64,000 nt of DNA from Octopus vulgaris (lineage: Eukaryota). The notes under the pieces are model-generated. The model was not told where the DNA came from and ran no database searches. It worked only from the letters and a program-made list of their open reading frames with translations. The stretch's first letter is position 1. Each line of letters starts with the position of its first letter. The stretch covers positions 151,900,001-151,964,000 of the forward strand of contig OX597814.1 in NCBI GenBank assembly GCA_951406725.2, given 5' to 3'. Position numbers and translations under genes: made by a program. Shown in pieces: positions 39,966-53,544 of the stretch.

Positions 39966-40567
39966 TTTACTTATAAGAAGCGTTACATTTATTTATTGAG
40001 CCACTTTTGTATTAAGAATCAATATCATTTTTGTATATACACGTATGTCTTCTACTGATAGTTGAGCTCTCTCTTGTTACACGAAACATTTTATACACCC
40101 ATATTCTATGAGTGAATAATCTAATGCTTAACAATAGCTACTGAACATTTTGATAACTTTTTGTAAAATGCTTGACTCGCCAGAAGATCCATCAATTTGA
40201 AATAATCCATTACGTAACTGGGTTTCAAATATTTTTGAAAATTTATTTAATACTATCTTTTATTTAATCGGATTTCGCATTGCTGGCAATTATTGATATA
40301 GCATGAAACCATTAAGATACGATAAATTGTTTTATATATCCATTTATAATAATATTATAACAATATAATAATAACAATATAATAATATATTGTGATAATA
40401 TAACAATATTTGTGTTTTGAGCACTTTTTGTATTATGAATCAATATCATTTCTACAAATATATACGCACACATATATACACAGCGAAATGTAGAAAATAA
40501 ATGATATTTACAACGACAAAGTGAGTACAAAAACATGTAAAATGTTGAACTATATCCTTGAAATAAA

Positions 40568-40798
40568 GGCGGCGAGCTGGCAGAAACGTTAGCACGCCGG
40601 GAGAAATGTGTAGCCGTATTTCGTCTGCCGTTACGTTCTGAGTTCAAATTCCGACGAGGTCGACTTTGCCTTTCATCCTTCCGGAGTCGATAAATTAAGT
40701 ATCCGTTACGCACTGTGGTCGATGTAATCGACTTGAACCGTTTGTCTGTCCTTGTTTGTCCTCTCTGTGTTTAGCCCCTTGTGGGTAGTAAAGAAATG
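40568..40798 (+). mobile_element. SINE family C with TSD
   Basis: TSD tatatccttgaaata on both sides. Confidence 0.9.
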
Positions 40799-43700
40799 TA
40801 TATCCTTGAAATATTTGGGAGGTATAATTGTCAAAGGTAACCCTGATAGATATTCGAGCCGAAGATACTAAATTTTGAAAGTCTATGATGTTTCTTCTCA
40901 TAAAAGTTCTGTATAAAAACCGCTAAGCTTCTTTAAACAGGATAGAATGACAGATTAGTTATTCGATTTTTGTTACAGTGAAGATAGAATTTTAAGTAGT
41001 ATTATAATGTATTCAAAAAATGCGAAACTCTCATTATGCTTTGGACAATGGCCAATTAAGTGCAAATGGAATCGATTTTACCATTTTGTGAAGTACATCA
41101 AGAGAGAATTTGACAATACTTAAAAACTACATAATTGTGCTATAATTAGTAAGAACCTTGCGTTATGTCATGTGAAATAAATGTTCCAGTTGAAAATCTT
41201 TTCTTCCTAAATGGTTATAGGAAGAAATACAGGTCAGAGAAAACATGAAATTGAACGGTTTTAGTCTTTATTTAATGAGCAACATTTTGGGGGCAAAATG
41301 GCTATTTTATTTAGTGTCTTATAGCAGTGCTAGCAGCTGCTTATTTGAAATTATAAATACGACAAAAATATATTTAAAAGTAATTAAAATGGCTACTTTC
41401 ATAAACATCAAATTCTTGGCAAGTCAAGATGTGACAACTTCTCTGTTTATATTATCGAACTATTCTCGTTCTTATCAGATGGGAATTTAGAATATTCCTT
41501 GACGTTTGCAGCTGGAAGTTAACAGTGCATATTAGATCTTTATTGCCGTAAAGCTGTCAACTTTTGATTTAAAAAATTATTTAGAATATCATACTACATG
41601 GCTATTAAATATATACAGTTAAGCTAGTTTAACGTGTTAAATGCAGCGGAAAGGGCACGCGAACAACTTGTTAAAATAATAATGCAAGTGGAGGAAAGGC
41701 AACGTTAACTTATTGACTAATATTTTTTAATGATTTCAGCAAGTACGAGAGGCAACTGTGGGTATTAAATTAAATTTCCTCAGTGAAACACAGACTACAT
41801 CGTATTTACCGCTGTTATGTTGAGAAGATCCGTAAATAGATGTGTATAATATTGTACACTATTGTTCTTCACACAGATGGCATCTCTGAGCAATTAACCT
41901 CTGTTTATTGTTTAAAATGTACTAATTTTCTAAACTTTCTCGTGTACACTTTCGTTCATGTATTTGGTGATTCTCTCATCAGTATTGCAAAAAGTACAGG
42001 AAATCTGAGATACTGAGGAAATCTGATAAGATCGAAACATACTCAGAGTTCTTTATCATGTTTGTCGAAATGATTAAATCAATATTACTTACTTAGCTAA
42101 TGTTGAAGTTTTCACTCTACATAATTGTTTCCAGTTATTCACTTTTTTATGCTCATCGCATTAAATATGTTAACATTGACTAAACTAGAACTGCTGAGAA
42201 AATAGTCAGGGATGAATGTTGCTTTAAAGCTTAATTGTAAAGTGGGATATTTCCTACTTAGTGTAGTAAACAGAAACATTTTAATTTACAGTTCTATTTA
42301 TACCAAATCAAGTCTCCACGGGACTGAAGTGGCAGATGTTTTAGGATTGCTTTCCTTTGACATCCTCTAAAAGTGCACAAACTTGATTGCGCAAAAATGA
42401 TGGCATAACAATTTCATACACTATGACAAATCACATGATTTTGATAAGATTTTATAGGAATATTTTAGGATTTAACTTTAAATATAACCGTGAGCTCTGA
42501 TTTAACAATTGCCCTTCTACTACAAATGATGCATGATTTAAAGGCAGGCGCACATAGCTCCTAAAAATTCCGGATGAGAAGATTATTCATATCATCGATA
42601 AACTTATCTATAAAACTTCCAACTATTCGCGGGTAATAATTAACGACCTTGAGGCTAAAGTAAGAGGGCTACTAATCTATCTTCAAGCAGAGATATCTTC
42701 AAAACGGTAGGCATGTATCATACTGATGTGCTAGCTAGGAGTGGTGTCAGTGAAAAGATAATTTATGACGATAAGACACACGCGGCAGCAAAATAAATCC
42801 AAGAAGAGTAAAATAATCTGATTTAATTCACCGTAAATCCTAAAAACTACCACGATCAAAACCAGAAATTTCTTACATCATTTTCATCAACATATAAAAG
42901 CCGTAAACCCTCTGACTCACACGTCATTATAGTTATTAATTTCTGTGTAGATAATATAATTACTCAGATCAAATACAATAACTACAAACACATTTTATTG
43001 CAGTTACTACTCTATTAGAAAATCTTTAAGAGTAGAAATCTTCTTTATTCAGAAGCTGCTTATCTAAATACACCGTATATCTATAATCATTACACTCTTG
43101 GCAGTATACAGAAAAATTATGCAGGTAAGACTGCGAAAACTTTTGTGGTCATTTCTTTCTACATTTTCGCTTCTTCAGATCGACATTTAAAAAATTTGTC
43201 TGGAAATTTAGGGACCAATGACACATTGTTGATAAGGCAGACCCATATTTATAATCAAAAGGTTCGAACTGTGTCCGTGTGTTTTTTTTAAGGAAATGTA
43301 AGAATATATTAACAAACATAAAATCTTTTTTTTTAGACGGTAGGTTATGATTTGAGGGAAATTTGGCAGCTATTTCTAGTAGGTTATATGTATACGACCA
43401 TGAAGAAGTTCCTTCGTCAAACTAACAAGGAAACCTCTAAGTAATCGCTAGAAATAACAGTCAAATCTCTCAGTGAAGATGCCGACGAACGCTCGGTTCA
43501 AAGTCTCTCTTGACCAGAAATGGCCTGAACTCTTTGCATGAACACCCTCCCTGCACACAACTCCATGTCCCCCTACATAGCCTTGCTGTTTGCTTTTTGA
43601 GCCAAAAAATTAACTTAACTTAAATTAACTTAGACACTATCTTACCATCATAAAAAAGAAGGACAGTTTGGGTGATATGGTACTAGGTGTATTTTGTCTA

Positions 43701-44205
43701 GGGAAAAGACGGATTGGCCACGATTGAAATGCATTTTATTATAGGTCTGTTCGTCCATGTTGGATCTGGTGATAAATACAACAATAACAACAGTAAGAAC
43801 TGCTAATGCAGTGTGAAAGTTAACCGTGCCGTGTGCTCCTCTCTGACAATCCACTCGAACGTTGCATTCTCTACATTCAAATATGCATCTAAATGTATAC
43901 ACATAGGATGTCTATAAAGATTTAAACTCCTGAAAATATGCACCAGCGCTATATGTCGTAATATAATAATGGTGTTGTTCAAATATAAACGGTTTGATAC
44001 TATACTGGTCTTTCAAATTAATATTGATTTCTTCTGATTGAACTTCTGTTCATTAAGCATAGTAACTCATGTGATTTGCCAATAACATCTTATATGCGTA
44101 TGCGCATACGCTTTATGTATGTTTGTATGTATGTATGTATGTATGTATGTATGTATGTATGTATGTATGTATGTATGAATGAATGCATGACGTACGCCTA
44201 CTTGC

Positions 44206-44244
<39 letters not shown>

Positions 44245-44311
44245 CAGGTGTACGTATGTGTATATATATGTTTCTCTCCCCTTCTCTCTGCCTTCTCTCT
44301 CTCTCTCTTTG

Positions 44312-44380
<69 letters not shown>

Positions 44381-44384
44381 AAAA

Positions 44385-44690
44385 GCTGTCAGTCCGTCCA
44401 TTTCGACGACGAGGGCTCCAGATGATACGATCAACGGAAAATCCTGCTCGTGAAATTAACGTACAAGTGGCCGAGCACTCCACAGACACGCGTACCCTTA
44501 ACGTAGATCCCAGGGAGATTCAGCATGACGCAGAATAAAGCTGGCCCTTTGAAATACAGATGCTACTCATTTTCCTTTATTTTGCCAGCTGTGTGAACTG
44601 AAGCAACGTGAAATAAAGTGTCTTGCTCAAAGGCCCAACGCACTGCCGGGAATCGAACTCACGACCTTATGACTACTAACCCCGCACATT
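44385..44690 (-). mobile_element. CORE-like SINE with a different 3' domain, (GATA)n tail
   Basis: Minus strand: tRNA-like head, ttgagcaagacactttatttcacgttg, then aaagggccagc...gtgctcggccacttgtacgttaatttcacgagcagg. Confidence 0.75.
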
Positions 44691-46099
44691 TACACATTCA
44701 CACACACACACACATTCACGTACCAGGATGTGCTGAAAAGTTTCTGGCTTTAAGGATGTTGCGAAAGGCCTGCCTTCGCTTATGAGTCTTTTCAATAAAA
44801 ACTGATCTGAAGCCATAATTAACACGAACAAGACAAAAAGCAAGAACAACAGTTACAACCATGCATTACCATCATCACCACCACAGCCACCATCACCACC
44901 GCCACTATTACTAACAACAACAACAACAACAACAGCAACAACAGCGGAGCCTCAACGGGGTTGTTTCATCTGCTAGAAATAAGAACTAAAGCTTCTTCAT
45001 TACAAACTCTATCGATTTTTAAAATCAATGGAGAAATTAGATATCGTAGTCCCTGATACATTAGGTGTAAACAGTGATATGGGATGACTACGGCTGCAAT
45101 ACTTTTGATCATTGATCTGTTTGGAGATGACTTGGGGACAAGCAACATCCACGAGCTTACGAGGGATCCTCTACGTGGTCACTCAATCTGCTAGAAATAG
45201 CCAAATCTCCTTCGTGATGCATTCTATCGTCTTAAAAAAGTGAAACATATTGGACGTTGTAGTCTTAGATCCACTATGTCTGAAAAAGAAACGGGAGGAT
45301 TATAGTTGGAACTCTTTTAATTATAGACTTACTGGACAGTATTTTTCTCATTTTAACCTTAGAAAAACAAACTATTTCATTATGAAGTAAAACGATACTG
45401 TTCATAAGCTCTTCTCCCTAAGGCATTCTTAGAGCTAGGAAATTAGCGGAAATAAAAAAAAATGCAGATGAGAATAGAATTAACGGGCATTGCTCATAGC
45501 TCTCCTTACTTAGAACTTCTCATTAGAGAATCTGGCAAAATGCCATAATACATTTAGTTATGATAATGTTCGTTCTTTATGATAATGTTCGTTCTTAGTT
45601 CAAATTTCGCTCAGGCCAGCTTTATATTTCAACCCTCTGGGAGTAATAAAATAAAGTTGTAATCAAGTAAGTAGTGAATGTTTAAATGTGTTACGAAGAT
45701 GAAAACTGATATTTGTTGAGATTTTTGATAAAGGAGATATCTATTCTTTTGCTACAAACGACAAAACATCGATAGAGTTTAGAGATAATGGCTCTTGGAT
45801 TAGTGTGATAATAGCAACAGACAAAATGTGGTCATCTGTTGGTTGTGCTTCTTGCTTCTAATGTTTCTCTTTTCCCACCTGTTCATTACTATTGTGTTGT
45901 CAGCTTGGGTCAGCTGCTGTACGCCGTCTCTCGGCCGTCTGTTTGCTATTTACTTTCTCCACTCCACCGTCTGTTGTAGTAGCTAAGGTGTGCAGAATAT
46001 ATAGCGGTGGTTGGGCCCGCCAAAGATATGAAATTGCTATTGGAGCCGGTTCCAAGCAAAGGCTTGATTGGTCAGATCTTTTCGATGACGTGGGTATTA

Positions 46100-46292
46100 T
46101 TAGAAACGTTAGCACGCCGGGCGAAATGCTTAGCGGTATTTCGTCTGCTGTTACGTTCTGAGTTCAAATCCTTTCGGGGTCGATTAAATAAGTACCAGTT
46201 ACGCACTGGGGTCGATATAAGCGACTTAATCCGTGTGTCTGTCCTTGTTTGTCCCCTCTGTGTTTAGCCCCTTGTGGTTAGTAAAGAAATAG
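46100..46292 (+). mobile_element. SINE family C with TSD ggtattatt
   Basis: Internal deletion relative to 40568; TSD visible. Confidence 0.85.
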
Positions 46293-46489
46293 GTATTATT
46301 CTAGCGAATCACAACATCAGATATAGTGATTTGATGGCTAAATATTCCCACTACATATGTATTTCTATAATGCATCTTCGATGTGAGCGGAAGTATGCTA
46401 GTAGAAAAAGCAGCAAAGTGTTTATTTGAACAGCATTTGAATTATTGCAAATTTGTAAAGAAAACACAAAGATGACACTGTTTTAGACC

Positions 46490-46940
46490 CAGAATCAATG
46501 ACAGAACATGTATGTGGTCATCCACCTGTTAGAAATAACAACGAATCATACTCCAATCACATCCCTCTGTCTTAAAAAGCCCTATAGACAATGACGGAAC
46601 ATCTATGTGGTCATTAACATGCTAGAAATAACACTCAATCATACTCTAAGCACATCCTACTGTCTTAAAAACTTCAAAGATAATGACATAATATCTATCT
46701 TGTCATTCACCTGCTAGAAATAGTAACTAATTTCACTTCAATCACTTCGATTTCTAAAAAAGCACCCTGAACCAGTGATAGAATATCTATGTGGTCACTC
46801 ACTTGCTAGATATAATAGCCAATCTGCTATCTCACTGTCTTAAAAGCAACCAGAATCTAACGATAGAACGTCTATGGAGTCAGTCATCTGTCTGAAATAG
46901 CCAGTTTCCTTCTAATCACATCTCACTGTCTTAACAAAAA
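46490..46940 (+). repeat. Degenerate tandem repeat, five units of ~90 bp
   Basis: Recurring aatgac.gaacatctatgtggtca..cacctgctagaaata...atcacatcc.actgtcttaaaa. Confidence 0.8.
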
Positions 46941-46985
46941 ACAGGAGAATACATTAAACGTTGTCTTAGATAGAGACTGCCTGAA

Positions 46986-47016
<31 letters not shown>

Positions 47017-47259
47017 CAGAGACAAAAGAAAATGCAAGAATCGTTGGAACTGAAACATTTATAATCATAACTCAACTGATATGGAGTTAAATAACAACAC
47101 TGACGACGACTTAGTGAGATGCTATTTGGCCTTTGGTCAGAAATACTATAGAAAAACTATGACCAAAGGCGTTCAAACTACGACCAATCCATCTTTTGTT
47201 TAGTGTATTTAAAACTTTATTCTCCAATGTGTCCTACTTTTTATTTTTTGTCTTTTGTC

Positions 47260-47522
47260 GTTTATCTTTTACTTGTTTCAGGCACTGGACCGCGTCCAGG
47301 CTGGGGCACCATCTTAAAGGGTTTAGTGGAACAAATCAACCACTAGACTTATTTTTTTAAAGCTTGGTACTTATTCTATTGGTCCTTTTGCTGAACCGCT
47401 AAGTCATGAGAACGTAAACAAACCAACTCTGGTTGTCAAGCGATGCTACAGGACAAACACAAAGATATACATACACATATATGTGCGTATGTGTCAATAT
47501 ACACACACACATAAATACAGAC

Positions 47523-47566
<44 letters not shown>

Positions 47567-48092
47567 GTGTGTGTGTATATGTGTGTGTGTGTATGTATGT
47601 GTGTATATTGACACACGTATGCAAATTAGGGACTCCTGCATAGAATAACTGCTGCATTTGTTGAGTATATATAGATTTTATAGAGGGGTTAAACATTTTC
47701 GGTATGCAAATTAGGGACTCCTGCATAGAATAACTGCTGCATATATATATATGTATATGTGTGTATATATATATGTGTGTGTGTACGTATGTGTGTATAT
47801 TGACGCATACGCATATATATGTGTATGTATATCTTTCTGTTTGTCACTGCTTCACACACACACACACATACATATATATACATATCAAAGAAAATTGATT
47901 TCTTGATAATTTGTCCACTTTGATTAGATGTGTATAAATCATGTGTTTATATGTGACGAGTTTCTTTCAGTTTCCGCCCATCAAACCCACTCACAAGGTT
48001 TTGGTCTACCTGGGGCTATACAAAAAAAAAAACACATGCCCATGATGCCACATGATTGGAAAGCGAGCTTCTTACTCCCACACCCACGCCTA
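47260..48092 (-). mobile_element. SINE family A split by expanded microsatellite and an insertion
   Basis: Tail at 47260-47470, head at 47950-48092. Confidence 0.7.
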
Positions 48093-48621
48093 TACTCGGG
48101 TATGATTTGAAAGAGATTTGACTGCTTCTTCTGACAGAAATAGCAACCTCATAGAGGTCCTCCCGTCGGTTAGTTCACGAAGCATGTAAACAGTACGGTT
48201 AGGAAGTGTTAGAGTGTAGACCAAAGCGTTGGAGATAAAATGAAAGCGGAAGGGTGAGATAAAGAGGTCTGTTTGAGATTTATATATAACAGTGCACAAA
48301 ATAAACTTGTTCCTACAATGTTTATATATTCCATGTTTATGTTGAGCCTTCTATATAGTTGCTTCACTCTGATATGAAGAATTTTGCTTTCAGGATTTTT
48401 AAGTCTCTAAGAAATTTCTAAGCAATTTTCAATCTCAGATTGGGGAGTATTTGTTTGTTTGTTTGTTTGTTTGTTTGTTTGTTTGTTTGTTTGTATGTTT
48501 ATATGTTTGTTTGAGTTTTGCTCTTCCTTCCAGCTTTGCCATAGATTCTTTTGCTCGTGTAAAAAGACTATTTGTAAAGATGAAGATTAATATTGCATTT
48601 TCTTAATGCATTCGTCAGCTG

Positions 48622-48681
<60 letters not shown>

Positions 48682-49696
48682 TGTATGTATATGTGTGTGT
48701 GTGTGTATGTGCGCGCATATTGTATGTGTGCACATATGTTTTTATGTGTATGTGTGGTGTATACGCAAAAGACCAACATATGCAACTAATAAAAATATTA
48801 AAACCGTAATCACACTGAATCTTGCTCGCTCTTCTCCACATACACAGTCGCACACATACACGTGTACACACACATACACACACACGCGCATAAACACATT
48901 CATACATAAATGTATAAACATATATACGCATGCATACGTACTTATAAGTATTTGCATGTATTTATACGCATGTATGTTCGTGTGTGCATTTCTGTGCCTC
49001 TATGTTTTTGTATTTATATACCTGTCTATGTATAGCTCTGTACTTCCTTACATATATTTTTACCTGTTTATGTGTATGCCTGTATATGTACATATTTACA
49101 TGCGTGTGTATGCACATACATTTTTGTTAGAATATATACACATGTTACTCAATGTATTTATTGATGTTTATTTGGATTAACTCGCCGTTTATTTATTTCT
49201 TTATTAATTTCTGGAAACTAATCTCATAGATTATCATTCCTAACGTACTTTTTCATCTTCAAATATTAATAAAAATAATTTTTAAAAAATGTACTCTTGC
49301 ATTTTTATTTTTATTTTTATTTTTCCCCAAACTCTTTCATAAACATACCGTATTTCCGTTTTGTGCGTTTTCACGTCTTTTAATAAACCAGGAATTCTTC
49401 ATAACTAACATTCGCACTTATTCTTTAACGCCGGATTAAATGAGGTTTAAAATCTTTGGTTAAGTTTGGTCTAGTTGCAATTTTTCAATAAATATTTGAA
49501 GAGGTAGGCATAGTTTGTTTTCTGAATTTTATTTAGTACTGTAACAATATTTATCTCGTTATTTAACCCGAAGTTCAGTGGCATAGCTAGTGTTTGTTGC
49601 ACCCGTAGCAGCTCTTGAGTTTGAAGCGCCTCACCCCACCATCCCAAGCCATAAGCTTGTACAGTCGACCCGAAATGCCGCCTTATATACAATTGT

Positions 49697-49912
49697 CGGC
49701 GAGCTGGCAGAAACGTTAGCATACCGGGCGAAATGCGTAGCCGTATTTCGTTTTGAGTTCAAATTCCACCGGGATCGACTTTGCCTTTCATCCTTTCGGG
49801 GTCGATAAAATAAGTACCAGTTAGGCACTGGGGACTATGTAATCGACTTAATCCGTTTGTCTGTCCTTGTTTGTCCCCTCTATGTTTAGCCCCTCGTGGA
49901 CAATAAAGAAAT
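49697..49912 (+). mobile_element. SINE family C with TSD
   Basis: TSD tatatacaattgtcg at 49684-49698 and 49918-49932. Confidence 0.9.
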
Positions 49913-50084
49913 ATATATATATACAATTGTCGCCCGAAGCAGGCTGCCCTCATAATCGCCTTGTTTCCTTGTTCCAGCTATGCTACTGCTGAAGCTGACT
50001 TTGATGGAGCTTAGTTTGCATGTAATACTATATATTATGCTGAAGGAGGTACAGCCAAATTGGTATGTTACTCTTACTGCTAAC

Positions 50085-50460
50085 TTAGGATATAATAAAA
50101 GGGTTATTTGGGAAATGAAGGAGTAAATATAGCATAGGTAGCAGGATTAGGTGCAGGTTCCAGTAGAGTGTGACTCGCGAGAAGAAATTCCTGACCATAT
50201 GGCCACTTAAATTTTTGCCTTGTTTGAAAGTGGACAGTGGGGTCTCCAGAAGGATTCGGATGGTTGTAAGGTTCGATGGCAGAAAACGGAGGTTATGGAG
50301 GAAATATGTTGAAAAGAAAGAAGTTGTAAGGTGGAAAGTGAAGGCGAATGGAATTCGGTCCACAAGCGAGCGCGTGCGTAGTTGGAATGAAGGTGCTCTT
50401 TGATAGGTGGTTTGTGTTCGAGGAAGGGAAGCATCCACGATAGCATGTGAAAGGAAATTT
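50085..50460 (-). mobile_element. Possible CR1/L2-like LINE 3' fragment
   Basis: RNFFSRVTLYWN resembles the CR1 ORF2 C-terminal FFSxRVVxxWN motif. Confidence 0.35.
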
Positions 50461-50499
50461 CCTCAAACTTACTGTCAAATAAATGACCTGTTGGTAACG

Positions 50500-51290
50500 C
50501 CAGTATTAACAAACCGTCCTACCCGTAACACGTATGTCAACATACATACGTTATGTATCATATAAAATGAGATGTGGCGATCGCTATAACTACAATGCGA
50601 TCCGGAAATTCCACACCTGTATTAAGGAATACTTACACACAAGCGCTTCCTCGGTTACGAAATACCACGACGAATGCTGCGACTGTGAAGTAAAAATATC
50701 CATCATAGCTACTGACCGGGATATTGGTAACTTGAGGATCAAAGAGATTTTTCTCATCAAAAACATAAACCAGAAATCAACAACGTAACTGAACTGAATT
50801 GTACGAAGTGGTTTTTCTAACACCATCACCTCGCTTAACTTTCACCTATTTATATTTTCTCACCTCTCTAACCTATTTCTCACATATTATTACATCAATA
50901 CAACATATTTTACCAGACCTATCAGCTTCGTACACCCTATCCTTTTTAACCAAAGAAATTTCTCAAAATACCTTACGTAGCGACAAAATTGATGCTAAAG
51001 TTTATTTTCTGTCCAGTAACCTGGCCATCACTCCATCCTACACCTGCCTCGTCACTTATTACTGTCGCTATGCTACATTTCTAGCTGATATTTCCTGTTT
51101 TAATCAATAACAAATATAAACGCAGTAATCTTTTCGTCACGATACACGAGAATAGCCTGTCGGTAACAGCACATTTCTCCGAATTCTTTATTTTTGTTCT
51201 GTTATTTGTAAGGAAAATCTTACCCGAAATATTAAAGGATCAATGGGAAAATATATATTTCCTGTTATGGGATTTCGCGTAATAAGGTTT
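50500..51290 (+). mobile_element. Penelope-like GIY-YIG fragment and pLTR
   Basis: YKMRCGDRY..AIRKFHTCIKEYL..S.SSV.KY..EC....IIATDRDIGNLRIKEIFLIK is a GIY-YIG pattern. Confidence 0.65.
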
Positions 51291-52332
51291 CTAGGAGTGC
51301 ATTACTCTCGTAACGCGTGGATTTTTCTGTGTGTCTGTACCCACACACACACATGCTCGTGAAAACACGCATGTATATAATATTTATAGAATAGTCTTTA
51401 TATATTCAAATTTTTCAATGCGTTAAAATACAATCTAAAACACAACACACACACACACACACGATATGCTCCCGCATAGTTTCTTTTTATCAAATTTCAC
51501 TTAAAGGCTATGCCCACTTCGAGTCTCTAATATAAAACCTTTCTTGCAGAGGGATCGATACCACACCGTTGCGAAGCGAACTCCTTAATTACCTACCCAT
51601 GTGTTGTTTTTGTTGTTGTTTTCTTTCTTTTTTTTTCTAACTAGGAATTTTTCAACTTGTTATTTCTTCTCCTACAAATAAATCCTGAGCGGCAAAACTA
51701 TAACGTATTCCACTTCAAGGTCAACAAATCTAATTATTTGACGCTAATATTTGCAGATATGACAAGGAAATAGTGTCCACTTGATGTTGAAGTAAAATCA
51801 ATAGACATAAAGTCAAATACGTATGTTTGCTCGATAGCATAAGCCAAATATATAGCATCGAAAAACGCCAAACTGTTAATCATTAATTTCTCCTGATGCT
51901 GCTGTTATGTATTCACTGTTAGTTTCTTTTCTTTCCTGTCTGGTTTTCGATGTAAATCCTTACATAAAGTTTATGCGTTTGGTTTACAAAGCATTCATTG
52001 ATAGACTAATTAAACCACAGGGATTCTTAGTTCAGAAAAGTAGCATATGGAGAAATATTGAACGACTCAGCATCAGTCAATATTTGTCTGAAAAGATATC
52101 CCACTTATCAATATATGAGCCAAAGCTCTTGTTCATGCGACAGAATAACTATAACTTCTCAATAAAATAAAGTAGTAATTACAATACGTGTATGTTTACC
52201 CCGGTTGCTATATACGATAAAGTATCTTTTAATGTTCTAGCCTGTAAGCGGTCGAATTTAATAACATTGTAACCTGTTGTATTATTCTTCCAGCCATAAG
52301 ATAATATCTCTTCATAAAAGAGGACGACTCAC

Positions 52333-52467
52333 AAATCCCATTGGTGGACTTAATCCAGCATTTGGTTATCGCAGGGTCCACTCCTTTGCAAATATTCCAG
52401 CCAGGTGTTTGACTAAGGATAACATCCTTCCTTTTCTCAACTAGTTTTGGACGCTGCTCTCCATCTT
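52333..52467 (-). other. Candidate orphan exon (EDGEQRPKLVEKRKDVILSQTPGWNICKGVDPAITKCWIKSTNGI)
   Basis: catttag acceptor, gtgagt donor, 135 nt open in phase 1-1; no homolog recognised. Confidence 0.2.
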
Positions 52468-53544
52468 CTAAATGTTACAGATTGTTATCTTTACAATTTC
52501 TCCACGTCATTGATTTACATTAATCCTGCGATCTTCAGTCTAGATTATATTCTTATTGTTTAAATCAACTTTGATTAAGCGAGTATCTGAATAACGAGTT
52601 CAAACCATAACCATCTCCACCGATCTCATTTTCAGGTATATCCAGGAGTGCGTTATTCTCCGTTTTCTTCATTTTAGATGACGGCAAGGTGTCATTTGAG
52701 AAAAGTTTGGCTGCTATTTCTAGTTAGTCGGGTGGCGTAGAACCTCCTATATTGATTCGACCTTAGAACTTCTCTGACAACTTGACTGCATCGACCGCAG
52801 GGTCTAAGCCAAGATTATATCAAGCAGTTGGTGTATTGGAGTTGTTACAGTTAAAGTTAGACCAGCCTTTCTTAATGTTCCGTTTTAGGTCTCTCACTTA
52901 GGATTTTGCACTGAATCTTCCCTATGCGCCAGAAAAAAAAAAATTTTTTGTCTCATTTTAAAATAATACTTATCTGATTAGATATTAAAAAATTGCTTAG
53001 AAGACTATTGCAACAAAACAAAGAAAACATGACTTTCTTTCGCAATCCTACTTAATTGTAAATGAATTCAAATTATATCTTTATTTCAATTCAGTTAGAA
53101 AATATAAATTCTTGATAGCTATCGCACTGTTTTTAATTGTATGTATAAAATGGCAGACACAGGGTTGGGAATGTGGTTAAGACCTTTGCTTTGTAACCAC
53201 GTGGTTTTAGGTTTAGTTCCACCATCATTATTTTAGCATGATACCTTAGGCAAGTATCTTCTACTATAGTCCCGCTTGACATATGTTCTATGAGTGAAAT
53301 TATTTGACGAGAACTGCATGTATGCATGTAAATATTTATAATCATCTATATATATATATATACATATCTTTAAAAATTAATTATTAGCGACAGAAGCAAT
53401 ATTATTACCAAAAAGTAATCTTTATATCCAACTTAACGTGGATGTCTTGTTAGGATACCAAATTCCGTGTCATTAGCCTTGAGAGATCTTCTATATAGGT
53501 GTTTGATGCATAAAACATACATGGATCGTAGCAGACGAGAATCG

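Noticed and set aside
41930-41990. Minus-strand CTGATGA...GAAA-GTGTACAC hammerhead-like text
   Set aside because: No stem II or stem I pairing and no UH cleavage site
42004-42046. ctgag..CTGAGGA-aatct(gata)agatc-GAAA-CATA-ctcag
   Set aside because: Stem III absent and stem I offset; may be chance or too decayed to call
45900-46100. PIAISYLWRAQPPLY, faintly like a sialate O-acetylesterase C-terminus
   Set aside because: Too short, conserved cysteines absent, a SINE sits at the putative acceptor, and frames do not join
46490-46940. CRISPR-like periodic repeat
   Set aside because: Whole units are homologous with no unique spacers, the context is eukaryotic, and no cas genes are present
48585-48625. 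Minus-strand CTGACGA followed by a hairpin, next to (TA)n
   Set aside because: GAAA box and stem III are missing
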